Below are positions 40,702 to 50,356 of a DNA stretch of 57,298 nucleotides, in pieces. The stretch comes from a virus. The stretch spans positions 1 through 57,298 of the IMG/VR virus record IMGVR_UViG_3300022670_000646; one strand, written 5' to 3'. The translations under genes were made by a program, and so were the position numbers. Each line of letters starts with the position of its first letter. The stretch's first letter is position 1. The notes below the pieces were generated by a model that saw only the letters and a program-made list of their open reading frames with translations, searched no databases and was not told where the DNA came from.

Positions 40702-42714
40702 CTACATCCAGTTGGTAGAGTCGTAGGACTCATAAGTGATTTTTACGCCCGCCGCTAAACTGACAGCAGTATTGACACCTGCGCCCAAATTGTCGCCAGT
40801 GGCAGGGAACACGTCCGCTGCATTCGCGCCGTTATTTTTGATGGTAGCGATTAGGCCGGGCACAGCAGTTCGAAGTTTCACCGAGTCGCCTGTGGTGGCT
40901 ACTGTGGAGATTTCATTAATACGGGCCGTCAACTCTACAGCGCTACCTTGCCCGCCTCCCGCAAACGCAGTAATGGCTGCGTCTGCGTTTGTTCTAAAGC
41001 CGAGGACAGCATAGATCTGGTCGTCGCTCTGGAGGCGATTTGCTGCACCCCTGTACAGATTAGTGTCGCTTAACCAACTGTGTAAGCCGTCTGCACGTAG
41101 CTCGAAACGCGGCGTTGCGTAACCGTCTCCATCCACATAAGTTCTTAACACCGGCTCTGTCGTTGCAGACCTGAAGTGCTGAGAATAGGTATCGGTATAT
41201 AACCTACGGAGGGTTTGTGCCTCTACCGCACCGGACGCGCCGGTCCACCACGTACCACCGGATGAATCAATGATTTTATTTATATCAACCGCAACGCCCG
41301 TGCCAGAAACACTGAAAACTTTGGTGTGATTTTCTAAAAAGTTTGTTCCTGTCAAGTTCAGACCCACGACATCAGCCAAATCAAACACAGTTGACCAAGC
41401 CGCTGTTCCGTGAAATCTGCAATTATGAAAGAAGAATAAATTTGATGCGCCCGAACCGTCCTTGCGCATTTTAACCATCGACATAGCGGAAGGCAGGCCG
41501 GTTGCAGACAAATCCGCATTGTCGATATAATTCTCTCGCCCGGCACCGTGATAGATAGTGCCTAGCGCGGTGAGTGTGCCGCCGCCGTCTTGATCTTCCC
41601 ATCGCTCAATCATGGGTGCGATGAGACCGTTACCCGTAGGAACGGAGTGCGCACCAGATGGGCTAGTGCCGGACTGAATATACTTAATATTGTATGCGCC
41701 GGGGCGGTTTATCTCTGATCCATACAATCGATTTTTACCGGCGCCATAGTCGAAAACTATATTAGAACCAGACCCGGATGTATTTCCATTGTGCTGAGAA
41801 TCAACTGCATCTAAATTACAGTTTTGCGAGGCCTCGAATAATATTCCGTCGCCCGGACAATCGAAAACATTGATGTCTCGAAAACCCCTCTCAACGACAA
41901 AACCAATATGCAGGCCCAAGAGAGATAGCCCATTGCCGTCTATTGAGAAGCCACTGGACTCGCCACCGCGCTCCGCAGCCCCAAATGCTCCCGACTTAGT
42001 GCCAAACCTGATCGTAGCGGCAGCATTGAGGCATTTGAATACGGTTAATCCCTTGCCAGCGCATAACAAATTAACCCACTCTGGAACAACGAACTCGTCT
42101 GTAAACCCCAGAACTCCAGCAGGGAAAACGGCCTGAATACCGCCAGCAGAATCAAACACGCCGCTGCTCGTTGGCGTTGCAACCAATACAGTCGTGTTCA
42201 TCCCAGCAATTAAATCGGTTGTTCCAGGCGTGGTGTTCGTGATGTATCGGTAAAGGTGGCCAACATCAAATGAATCGTTGATATCGCTGGTGGTCAGTCC
42301 ATCGTCAATCTCTTTTTGCACAAGCGCAAACGAGACATTCGGCCCATCAGCGAGCGTAAAATTAACTGCCGTGGTACCGATCGTAATCGGATTGGCGGTC
42401 GTAACTTGATATAAGGGATTTCGTCCGACCGTTGCTGTGGCTACCGTGGCCAAAGTGCCACTGACAACATCCCGGTTACCGTCCCAATCTGCCGCACGCG
42501 CCCAGGCAGAGGAGCTGGCATCGTAAATGCCATTCTCGCTCGCTTCTGTCTGGCCGATAACAAGAACGCGATCACCGGCCACCACAGCCACACCGTTGAC
42601 CGTCTGTTCACCAGAGAGCGTGAGATTGGCAATTGCGACCGCCACGCAGGGCGCCTTGATCGCCAGGCTTGCGATAACACCGTTGAAGCGATCCGTCGAG
42701 TTAGAGACTGGCAT
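40702..42714 (-). CDS. Tailspike with a right-handed beta-helix (pectate-lyase-like) central domain
   Basis: 670 aa. Its N-terminal anchor domain is paralogous to ORF 1398..2033. The Gly/Asn/Ser-rich repetitive middle is typical of depolymerase beta-helices. Confidence 0.75.
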   Translation of the reverse strand: MPVSNSTDRFNGVIASLAIKAPCVAVAIANLTLSGEQTVNGVAVVAGDRVLVIGQTEASENGIYDASSSAWARAADWDGNRDVVSGTLATVATATVGRNPLYQVTTANPITIGTTAVNFTLADGPNVSFALVQKEIDDGLTTSDINDSFDVGHLYRYITNTTPGTTDLIAGMNTTVLVATPTSSGVFDSAGGIQAVFPAGVLGFTDEFVVPEWVNLLCAGKGLTVFKCLNAAATIRFGTKSGAFGAAERGGESSGFSIDGNGLSLLGLHIGFVVERGFRDINVFDCPGDGILFEASQNCNLDAVDSQHNGNTSGSGSNIVFDYGAGKNRLYGSEINRPGAYNIKYIQSGTSPSGAHSVPTGNGLIAPMIERWEDQDGGGTLTALGTIYHGAGRENYIDNADLSATGLPSAMSMVKMRKDGSGASNLFFFHNCRFHGTAAWSTVFDLADVVGLNLTGTNFLENHTKVFSVSGTGVAVDINKIIDSSGGTWWTGASGAVEAQTLRRLYTDTYSQHFRSATTEPVLRTYVDGDGYATPRFELRADGLHSWLSDTNLYRGAANRLQSDDQIYAVLGFRTNADAAITAFAGGGQGSAVELTARINEISTVATTGDSVKLRTAVPGLIATIKNNGANAADVFPATGDNLGAGVNTAVSLAAGVKITYESYDSTNWM

Positions 42715-43034
42715 TAGCCACTCTCCCTGACGACAAATCCGTCATCCGTAACCTCAACATAGCGCTGATTCCACACCTTGATGCCCACCGCATTTCTCGC
42801 CATTCTTTGTGCGCGATCTTCTACCCGATCCACCAAAAACCCCTGCGGCTGTGAATAGATAGCTCCACCAGGATGGATGTCGAAGCGATGCGTACCCGCG
42901 GCTACCTTTTCTTTGACATCATCGCGACTTAATGGCTCACGCTGATACAGTTCACCACAAACGGCCTGACGTACCTGGGACACAAGCGGCTGAATCTCTT
43001 TTTTTGCCTTTGGAAACGGCAGTACTTTGCCCAT
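42714..43034 (-). CDS. Hypothetical virion-module protein
   Basis: 106 aa, TAATG coupling at 42714. Confidence 0.55.
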   Translation of the reverse strand: MGKVLPFPKAKKEIQPLVSQVRQAVCGELYQREPLSRDDVKEKVAAGTHRFDIHPGGAIYSQPQGFLVDRVEDRAQRMARNAVGIKVWNQRYVEVTDDGFVVRESG

Positions 43035-43036
43035 CG

Positions 43037-46000
43037 CTAGTCTCGCTCACCCAGTAGCCATTCGTAAACTTCGGTGTCGTCCTCGGACCATACTACATCG
43101 ATAAAGCGATTCGTTTGTGATGCCGGCAAATGTAAGCCCGTTCCAATCACGTTCACCGCGACTCGCCGGAACTGCTCATCGGCCTCACCTTGCGCCGCCT
43201 GCTGCACCAATTTGTACAAATCATTGGAGAATGAGCCTATCGGCGTATTGCCACCACCGTACTTGGCCGCCGCAATCTCGCGCACGAACGGTACGCCTGA
43301 GAACGCTGAGTCCACCGTCGCCTTAGCGAGCCACCAGCCCCACGGCTCATCATCGTCATCATCCGGTAGCCTGCCGTAGAGCCAAGCCGAAGCCACCGCC
43401 TCAACCGTGAATAGCAAGAACAGGTCAAAGGTGTAGGCCGCTACCTGCCCCGGCTTCGTGAAATCAGTTGTCTTGGTTTTCTCGTAGGCAATATTGCCCT
43501 TGGCCAGCATGTAAGAAAGCAGCACGGTCCAGATACGGATAAATTGCGACTGCCGATTCTTTTTCGTACCGAGCGTGCCGCGCTCAAGGCCGGAGCGATC
43601 TGAAAAGAAACCTGACGTCTGCGCATTCTCAACCTGCACATCGGCGTACTGAATAGCCTCTTTCTGGTTCAGGCCCTCAATGTTCTGCGCTTTCCAGTAC
43701 GCGCCCAGCCAGGTCGACACATCCACTACTGACTGAGCCGCCATGATGGGCAGAAAATACGTCGCTGACAGTGCATTCATTGACCGTTTCAACCCTGTTG
43801 GCGCGGGTCCAAACATGGATTCAAGATGTGCCCGGGTGTCGGACACATCCTTGTTCCAGGTATTGTCCACGTAGCGCGTTTTCATGAAGGAACTCATCGA
43901 CATGACATCGATGTACGCCTGCTTCGGATTTTTCATCATGCGACCGACACCATGGCCATAGGCCTGTGAACCGATCACCGCAATCGTCTGAAGAATGCCA
44001 GTGTATTGCAGCAACATCACCACCATGTTGAATGCCAGTTTGGATTTTGTGAATCCAGTTCGAATCCAGGCAGCACTTTGTTCCACCACGCCCTCGGCCG
44101 CGAGTTCTCCAATCGCAGAATCAGTGAGCCATAGATTAAACGCTTCCAGCGCCTTTTCATTGCCAGTGTTAGTGAACGAATCGCGCACGTCGTCATGGTC
44201 CAGCAAGCGCTTCACGTAGTTGATCTCATCACCAATGGCAATATCGCGAATGATCTCGCGTAGATGAAAATTGATCGTGTCGAGCCCCAACCGTATGACA
44301 TTGCCATGATTTTTGACGCGCTCGTAGGTAGAGCCAGCGCGAGTCGACGCAAAAATAGAGGTGCTCGCGGTCATGCGCTGCATCAGGTCTTCCAGCTCCT
44401 GATTCTTTTGTGCAGCGCGTCCGCCCTTGCGCGTGTGACGCCGATCGTATCTCAGTGGGTAATAGCCACCCTTGACCAGAATCTCGGCACCGTCCGATGT
44501 GCGGATGCTAAATGGCAGTGCCTCGACCTTCTGTGGCGCGATGCCGCGGCGCCGTTTGGCCGCATCCGACAGGTCATCCCAGTAAGTATCGAGGTAATCC
44601 CACATATCCTGCACGAACGCCCAGTCACGCTGATCCAGGGTAGCGAGAGCCGCCACCACGCCCTGCTCACTGTAGGCCGCGCCGCCGCGGTTCTTGATGC
44701 CGCCCAATAATGCCTTGCGATTGCCTTCATTGCCCCAGTTGAGCGCGATCGAGAGAATGTCAGACTTGGATAATTTGCCCAGTCCCGGTATGACGTCGCC
44801 GCGTTGATAAAGATCACCCAGCTCAGCCAACGAATAATGCCGCTGGTAGATTTGTGATACATCGTCCTCCATCTTTCGAAAGCCTGGCAGCAGGCGCTTC
44901 GCATAGGCTTCGCGAATGGGCACGACAATCAACCGCGTCAAGGCTCCAAAGCCTGATTTGTCCAGCATTCGAGCCAATGATCCTGGCCGCAGCCATGCCG
45001 CAATGCCTTCACTGACGGACAGTTTTGCGCTCTCGCCGACCGTGGGTCTGGCCACACCAATATCGATCTCGGCATTATTTTCGTACATGCTCGAGGCAAT
45101 CTCATCGGCGCGCTGCTGCAGGTCGACCCTTTCACCATCGACAATCACCTGATACTTGGCACTGGCTTCCTTTTCGAGCTGCATCACCAGGTCTCGGATA
45201 CCGTCAAACTCCTCGGAGGTGAGATTTTGCCAATTGGTGCCGGTGTCCTGCAGTGCCGCTATCAGACTCGGCGGCGCCATCAGCCGACCATCATCAATGG
45301 CCGCTATTATTTCCGCCATAGCCTCCTCGCGATCGATCTGGGAGCCAGAGATTTTGCGTAAGTTGATGCCCTCAAGAACAGCATCGATTTTCTCCAGCAT
45401 GCCGGCCTTGCCCAAGCGCTGACGCACCTTGATCTTGTCGAACTTCTTGAGGTAAGCCTGTGTGCGCGCATGCCGATCCTTAGCCCGCACGGCGGCACGA
45501 TAGAGCTCGTGTGACTCGACCTGCTTGCGCTTTTGATCGTAAGCCTTTTGATAGTCCTTGGTCTCCATGGCACCAAACGCGGCACGACCAGCCTTGCGCT
45601 CAGCGATCAGGTATTTATGCGGATTGATATCGCGAATCTTTTTCGCATCGATGAACCTTCTTGCGGCCTGTTTGATCAGAGCCAGCTCACCGCGGCGAGG
45701 GAGCTGACCCTTATTGGCTTCGCGTGCCTGACGCTCCTCACGCTTAGTCTGGCGTTTGGTGGCGCCGATGATCTTGCGGTCCTCACGCAGCCGCCTGCGC
45801 AAAGCGCGCATCTCAGCAGCGAGAATCTGCGCCCGCTTCTCGTTGTGCACCACTCGCACAGCCTCATTGGCAATGCTGCCATCGACAAGAGGATCAGGAA
45901 ACATCGACGCCATACGCGCCTCAGTCTCAGCGGCAATCCAGGCCTCCATTTTCGGTGCTTTGATGAGCGCCTCTACGAGTTCCACCGCGCCATCGAAAGC

Positions 46001-47458
46001 GAAGACTTGTGCCGCCACATCGACGTCGACGCCCCCCTTGACCGAGTACACCCACGGCCGCGGCAAGCGAGCAACGAACGCCTTACCAAAGCGCTTCACC
46101 AGATCGTCACGGCTGAGTTTGAATTTCACCTGATCCGGTGCTGTGGTGCCGTCTGGATTAGTGCCACGCTGTAGCATGGCCAGCGCCCGATAGACCGGCA
46201 TGGCTTCAGCCTCAGTTCTGACCTGGGCGGACATTTTTTTCTTCTCATCGGCCCACCACTGCTGCGACTGGCGTTGCATATAGCGCATGGCCTGAGCGGA
46301 GGCGTCATCCACGGCCTGTTGATGCGCAGCAATGATGTTCTGCTTGTAAGCGTCGTACACCTCCTGTGATACGCCCATGTCCTCAGCGGTAGCAAACAGT
46401 GCGGCATACTCCTGCACCCGCGCAGCTTCTGCGACCTGCGCATCGGTGGCGATAATGCGATCGAACACACCCCGCACCTCATCGTTGAGGCCGCCAAAAT
46501 TCTTAAGCTTCGCCAGTGAGCGATAAATGCTCAGCAACCAGGCGCGAAACGACTGGAACACACTCTCCAGGCCCAGCGTCGGTGCCTTGCCTTCGCGCAA
46601 ATAAACCTCAAAGGATTCTGCCCACCGCTCATGATGTGCAGAGGTAATCTCACTGCGATCCTTTACTCCGAGGAATTCCAATGCCTTAGCAAAATCCTCG
46701 CGCGTCTGCTGGGGTGACCCGGTCATCTCAGATAGGTCGCCCAACAACTCCAGATACAAGTGAGCGCTTTCATGCAAAAAGGTCGACAGGTTCCGCGCCT
46801 TGGTCATGCGGATGATGGCCTTGTTGTTCTTATCGAAGGTGATCGAGCCGCGCTTGGTCTGATAGAGCGTCTTTGTAGGACTAAAAACCTGCTCGGACTC
46901 AGCCTCAATCTGCTCCAAGCGAGTCGCAATCTCAGCCAGGCGCTGCTGTATTTCGCCTTGGCGCTGCTGCAATTTCTTGTAGCTGGCCAGTAGCTCCAGC
47001 GGGGTGCCACCCTTGAGCCCAAACACAGCCTTCTGTTTGAGGTTTTTATTACCGAACAAAATCGCCGTCAGACCATTGAGTATCTGCTCGTCGGTCTCGG
47101 TTCCGCCCAGCTCCGCAACCCGATCGTTGACAATACCGATATCGCTCAGCTCGCCGGTCAGATCCGCGGCTTCCGACGCTAATTGTGTTCTTTCAGCCGC
47201 CAGCTTACCCAGTGCGCGGCCCTGCCGCTCCTCACGGAACTGCGCAACCTTGGCCAGTGGAGTGGTGACGTCAGTGAGTTTGGCGCCTTCAGTGCGCGCG
47301 CGGGCCGCGAGTTGAATCACATTTTGTGAGGCACCGATCAAGAGCTTACGGACTGCCTGCTCATCGCTGAGTCCGTCCTCGATGTATTGCTCAAGCGTTG
47401 TGACATCCTCAGCAGACACCAGCCGTTTCATTTTCTTGATGCAGTCTTTGAGCGCCAT
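43037..47458 (-). CDS. Large internal virion / ejection (polyvalent-type) protein with an HExxH motif
   Basis: 1473 aa. HESAH is encoded at 46760-46774. The C-terminal third contains hydrophobic segments. Confidence 0.7.
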   Translation of the reverse strand: MALKDCIKKMKRLVSAEDVTTLEQYIEDGLSDEQAVRKLLIGASQNVIQLAARARTEGAKLTDVTTPLAKVAQFREERQGRALGKLAAERTQLASEAADLTGELSDIGIVNDRVAELGGTETDEQILNGLTAILFGNKNLKQKAVFGLKGGTPLELLASYKKLQQRQGEIQQRLAEIATRLEQIEAESEQVFSPTKTLYQTKRGSITFDKNNKAIIRMTKARNLSTFLHESAHLYLELLGDLSEMTGSPQQTREDFAKALEFLGVKDRSEITSAHHERWAESFEVYLREGKAPTLGLESVFQSFRAWLLSIYRSLAKLKNFGGLNDEVRGVFDRIIATDAQVAEAARVQEYAALFATAEDMGVSQEVYDAYKQNIIAAHQQAVDDASAQAMRYMQRQSQQWWADEKKKMSAQVRTEAEAMPVYRALAMLQRGTNPDGTTAPDQVKFKLSRDDLVKRFGKAFVARLPRPWVYSVKGGVDVDVAAQVFAFDGAVELVEALIKAPKMEAWIAAETEARMASMFPDPLVDGSIANEAVRVVHNEKRAQILAAEMRALRRRLREDRKIIGATKRQTKREERQAREANKGQLPRRGELALIKQAARRFIDAKKIRDINPHKYLIAERKAGRAAFGAMETKDYQKAYDQKRKQVESHELYRAAVRAKDRHARTQAYLKKFDKIKVRQRLGKAGMLEKIDAVLEGINLRKISGSQIDREEAMAEIIAAIDDGRLMAPPSLIAALQDTGTNWQNLTSEEFDGIRDLVMQLEKEASAKYQVIVDGERVDLQQRADEIASSMYENNAEIDIGVARPTVGESAKLSVSEGIAAWLRPGSLARMLDKSGFGALTRLIVVPIREAYAKRLLPGFRKMEDDVSQIYQRHYSLAELGDLYQRGDVIPGLGKLSKSDILSIALNWGNEGNRKALLGGIKNRGGAAYSEQGVVAALATLDQRDWAFVQDMWDYLDTYWDDLSDAAKRRRGIAPQKVEALPFSIRTSDGAEILVKGGYYPLRYDRRHTRKGGRAAQKNQELEDLMQRMTASTSIFASTRAGSTYERVKNHGNVIRLGLDTINFHLREIIRDIAIGDEINYVKRLLDHDDVRDSFTNTGNEKALEAFNLWLTDSAIGELAAEGVVEQSAAWIRTGFTKSKLAFNMVVMLLQYTGILQTIAVIGSQAYGHGVGRMMKNPKQAYIDVMSMSSFMKTRYVDNTWNKDVSDTRAHLESMFGPAPTGLKRSMNALSATYFLPIMAAQSVVDVSTWLGAYWKAQNIEGLNQKEAIQYADVQVENAQTSGFFSDRSGLERGTLGTKKNRQSQFIRIWTVLLSYMLAKGNIAYEKTKTTDFTKPGQVAAYTFDLFLLFTVEAVASAWLYGRLPDDDDDEPWGWWLAKATVDSAFSGVPFVREIAAAKYGGGNTPIGSFSNDLYKLVQQAAQGEADEQFRRVAVNVIGTGLHLPASQTNRFIDVVWSEDDTEVYEWLLGERD

Positions 47459-48105
47459 CAGTCCTTGACTTCCATGAAGGCAGAGATCACTGCAATCAGT
47501 ATCTCCTCCTCCTCGATGATAAACCGATATAAACCCTTTTCGCGACGCTCACCCTGGCCGTAGGAAAATACCGTCGAGCCGCGCTCATCAACTACCACCG
47601 TCTCAACCAGTGCCAGTGACTTGCCAATCTGCAGCGCCGGTTGAGTAATCGCGATAAGGGGATTCGGCCAGTCATGCTGCACAAACGGATCGCCGACGAC
47701 TGGCGGTAGCAGCGCAATCGACTTACCAACCTGTTCCGGCTGCTTGATAAATATCGGTTCAGGATTGGGCCAGTCGCTCTGCACAAACGGCTTGTCGCCC
47801 GCATGCTCCAGAATCGTCAGTGGCATGCCGACCTGGAATGGTGTCTGAATCTCAACGGTCAGCGTCGGGTTTGGCCAGTCTATCGGCACAAACGGCTTTT
47901 CAACTGCTGGTTCAATTAGCGCGAGCGGGCTGCCAAGCTGCAGTGGCTGTTGTGTTTCTTGGGTTTGTGGAACGGTTTGTTCGTTAGCAACAAACGGTAC
48001 AGCGACAACAACGGCCAGCGTCGTGACGAGTAGATTGGGAACCGGGGCCGGTTGCTGTGTCGGGCGCTCCCGCCTTGGACTAAAATGCGGTGCGCGAATG
48101 GTCAT
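47458..48105 (-). CDS. Protein with ~33-aa tandem repeats (PFV..DWPNP...Q.G.S.AL)
   Basis: 215 aa. Three full repeats plus a degenerate fourth; the DNA word GCACAAACGG recurs at ~100-nt spacing (about 47681, 47781, 47885). Confidence 0.6.
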   Translation of the reverse strand: MTIRAPHFSPRRERPTQQPAPVPNLLVTTLAVVVAVPFVANEQTVPQTQETQQPLQLGSPLALIEPAVEKPFVPIDWPNPTLTVEIQTPFQVGMPLTILEHAGDKPFVQSDWPNPEPIFIKQPEQVGKSIALLPPVVGDPFVQHDWPNPLIAITQPALQIGKSLALVETVVVDERGSTVFSYGQGERREKGLYRFIIEEEEILIAVISAFMEVKD

Positions 48106-48118
48106 GCGAGTTTACCCG

Positions 48119-48292
48119 CTAATCGGAATCTGACTTGGAGAGGTTTTTTAACGTCGCTTTGTAGCCGTCGAGTTCACTCTCTAGCCAATCAACATCTTCG
48201 CCCGTGACTTCCGCGCTTTTTAGGCGCAACTCAAGCGATTCGATCCGCTTTTCGCAATGAGCGGTGTTTTTATCTATATACGCCTGGTCCAT
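48119..48292 (-). CDS. 57-aa coiled-coil protein
   Basis: MDQAYIDKNTAHCEKRIESLELRLKSAEVTGEDVDWLESELDGYKATLKNLSKSDSD. TAATG coupling at 48292. Below the track cut-off. Confidence 0.4.
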   Translation of the reverse strand: MDQAYIDKNTAHCEKRIESLELRLKSAEVTGEDVDWLESELDGYKATLKNLSKSDSD

Positions 48293-48795
48293 TACAAACT
48301 CTCATAATGGATATGGCTGCTCATCAGGCCCGGTGTGCCGCCCGTGAACGCTGACAACGAAAATGATCCAGTATTGGTAATCAAGCCAACGATAGCAATG
48401 GGCTTGTTCGGGGCTGCCAGCCAGCGCACGATACCGCCAAACGCATTGAATGACAATTGCAGTACGTGGCCAAGCGTAGCCGAACGCTGCGGCAGAATCG
48501 TTGCCGATACACCGACTGCTGCCGGCGCTGATAATGCGCCTGTCGCACCGTCGAGCGGTGCATCCTCGGAAATACCGAGTACAACGGAGGTTCCAACCGT
48601 GGAGTTCATGCCCCCAACGATAATCATAGGAGCGCTCGTGAGGGACTGTCCGCCCAACATAATCTCAGTAATTTCATTACGTTGTAGGGCGCCACCACCC
48701 TGTATGAGCCCAAGATAAGTATCGTTGGTAAGGTTAGTGGCGTCAGCGAATACTGTCGGTGTTAATGTTCGTACTGCTAATGATCGTACCGCCAT
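48292..48795 (-). CDS. Hypothetical virion-module protein
   Basis: 167-aa ORF. Confidence 0.55.
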   Translation of the reverse strand: MAVRSLAVRTLTPTVFADATNLTNDTYLGLIQGGGALQRNEITEIMLGGQSLTSAPMIIVGGMNSTVGTSVVLGISEDAPLDGATGALSAPAAVGVSATILPQRSATLGHVLQLSFNAFGGIVRWLAAPNKPIAIVGLITNTGSFSLSAFTGGTPGLMSSHIHYESL

Positions 48796-49123
48796 AATCC
48801 TGTTCCTTTAGTCCCTGTTCCTGTAGCTCATCAAGCACCTGTTCATAGGGCTTGCATTCCCTGGTCGCCGCAAGTATGCCATTACAGCGATCACAAATAT
48901 AGCTGTCGCACTTTCGGCAGTAACCGCGAGGCCGGCGACGCAGCGGATTCATCACCACAACCTGCGGACAATGATTGCAAGTGTATGTTGGTACTTCAAA
49001 TAATCCCTGCCCAGATCGAGGCGGCATATCCTTGGCATTGGGCATCCAGTCGTCCGGTACACCTGGCGACGCACGATGGTCAATAATAAGCAGCCCCTCA
49101 TCGCTGCGTTTTGATCTAGTCAT
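48743..49123 (-). CDS. Cys-rich (zinc-binding-like) protein
   Basis: 126 aa. CNHC...CRKCDSYICDRC...C. Confidence 0.5.
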   Translation of the reverse strand: MTRSKRSDEGLLIIDHRASPGVPDDWMPNAKDMPPRSGQGLFEVPTYTCNHCPQVVVMNPLRRRPRGYCRKCDSYICDRCNGILAATRECKPYEQVLDELQEQGLKEQDYGGTIISSTNINTDSIR

Positions 49124-49565
49124 TGTGGGCTTCCTTAATCAATACAATTAGGTGCGTTCTGTCGGTTTCACCGTTATTAAACGATTCATGCTCGATGGAT
49201 CGATCGACGCTATAAATCTTGCCAACTTCAAGATGCTGCTCCTTTCGGACGCCATTCTCATAAGACAGCGATATGCAATGTTCATTGGTTTCTACTGGTA
49301 CGAGGAAGCCAAAGCCGTCATCGTGGTGACGATACAGTTTGCCTTCGGGCTTGAGTCTCAAAAACGATAGGTTCCGCCATGTATCGACCGGCCAGCGATC
49401 GGCAATTTCTGACACGGCTATTAAGGGTTCGTCGCAGGGCGCGGCTTGGTGGTCGGTTACCTCGCTGACATGATGTTCCCATCGCTTCCACCACGTCATC
49501 TCAAGCAATATATTGCGCAGTTCAGAAATGGTCGACTGAGAGACTGTGCCGACCTCCGTGTACAT
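49116..49565 (-). CDS. Aspartyl/asparaginyl beta-hydroxylase-like cupin (2OG-Fe(II) oxygenase fold)
   Basis: 149 aa from ATG 49565. LKPEGKLYRHHDDG...HLEVGKIYSVDRSIEHESFNNGETDRTHLIV follows the H-x-D...H pattern of that family. Confidence 0.55.
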   Translation of the reverse strand: MYTEVGTVSQSTISELRNILLEMTWWKRWEHHVSEVTDHQAAPCDEPLIAVSEIADRWPVDTWRNLSFLRLKPEGKLYRHHDDGFGFLVPVETNEHCISLSYENGVRKEQHLEVGKIYSVDRSIEHESFNNGETDRTHLIVLIKEAHND

Positions 49566-50356
49566 TACATCCACGCCTGTCCCATTAAAACATCGGCTGC
49601 GGCTACTTCTGGTACCCAAACCCGTATGATCTCTGGCTCAAAAACCTGAAAATGATCCGCATGCAGAGAAATGTGCTCGGCATCAGTAAAGGGTTCGGCG
49701 GCCATATAAAGAACAGCACAATCACCATTCCAATGTCTATTAGCGCCATTGTCCGGACGTTGAAATAACGTCACTGAATTATCAGTGGCTGTATTCCGCG
49801 GATCACTCAAACTGCTAGAAGCAAAGAATCTGCCATTCTTGTAGATTCGGATGGCCGTACCATCAAGATGGCCGCTATAAATCCCCCGAGTACCGTTATC
49901 CCAAAACCCCGCACCAAACACAGAAGATTTGAATCCTTCCGCTGTTCCAATACCAATATTGCAGTTCTCGTCGGAACCGTTGGAAACTAAAAACCCGCCA
50001 GCACTGCCAAGAAAGTTCGCTCCGTAGTGTATAAGTCGTCGGCCAGAGCTTTGTCCATCGGATGCCCTGGCAATGGTGAAAAACGAAAATGAGCCATCAC
50101 CACCTTCATAGGCACTGCCAGTATCTCCCCCAGTAAAGTCATCGGCCTGTGCGTCTGATGTGACAAAATATGGGTCGCGCCCATGATGGAACGTTATTCC
50201 ACTATTGGCATAAATATCATTATTAATTAAGTCTTTGGCTTGATTTTGAAATAGAAAAACCTGAACCAGTTTTTTCGCTATGGGGTTCGTTAAGTCTAAC
50301 GGCGTGCCCGGTGGAGGTTGCCGATTCCACGGACGCTGATAATTGATATAAGGCAT
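49565..50356 (-). CDS. Concanavalin/LamG-like domain protein (putative tail accessory)
   Basis: 263 aa. GHLDGTAIRIYKNGRFF resembles Laminin_G_3-type domains. Confidence 0.45.
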   Translation of the reverse strand: MPYINYQRPWNRQPPPGTPLDLTNPIAKKLVQVFLFQNQAKDLINNDIYANSGITFHHGRDPYFVTSDAQADDFTGGDTGSAYEGGDGSFSFFTIARASDGQSSGRRLIHYGANFLGSAGGFLVSNGSDENCNIGIGTAEGFKSSVFGAGFWDNGTRGIYSGHLDGTAIRIYKNGRFFASSSLSDPRNTATDNSVTLFQRPDNGANRHWNGDCAVLYMAAEPFTDAEHISLHADHFQVFEPEIIRVWVPEVAAADVLMGQAWM

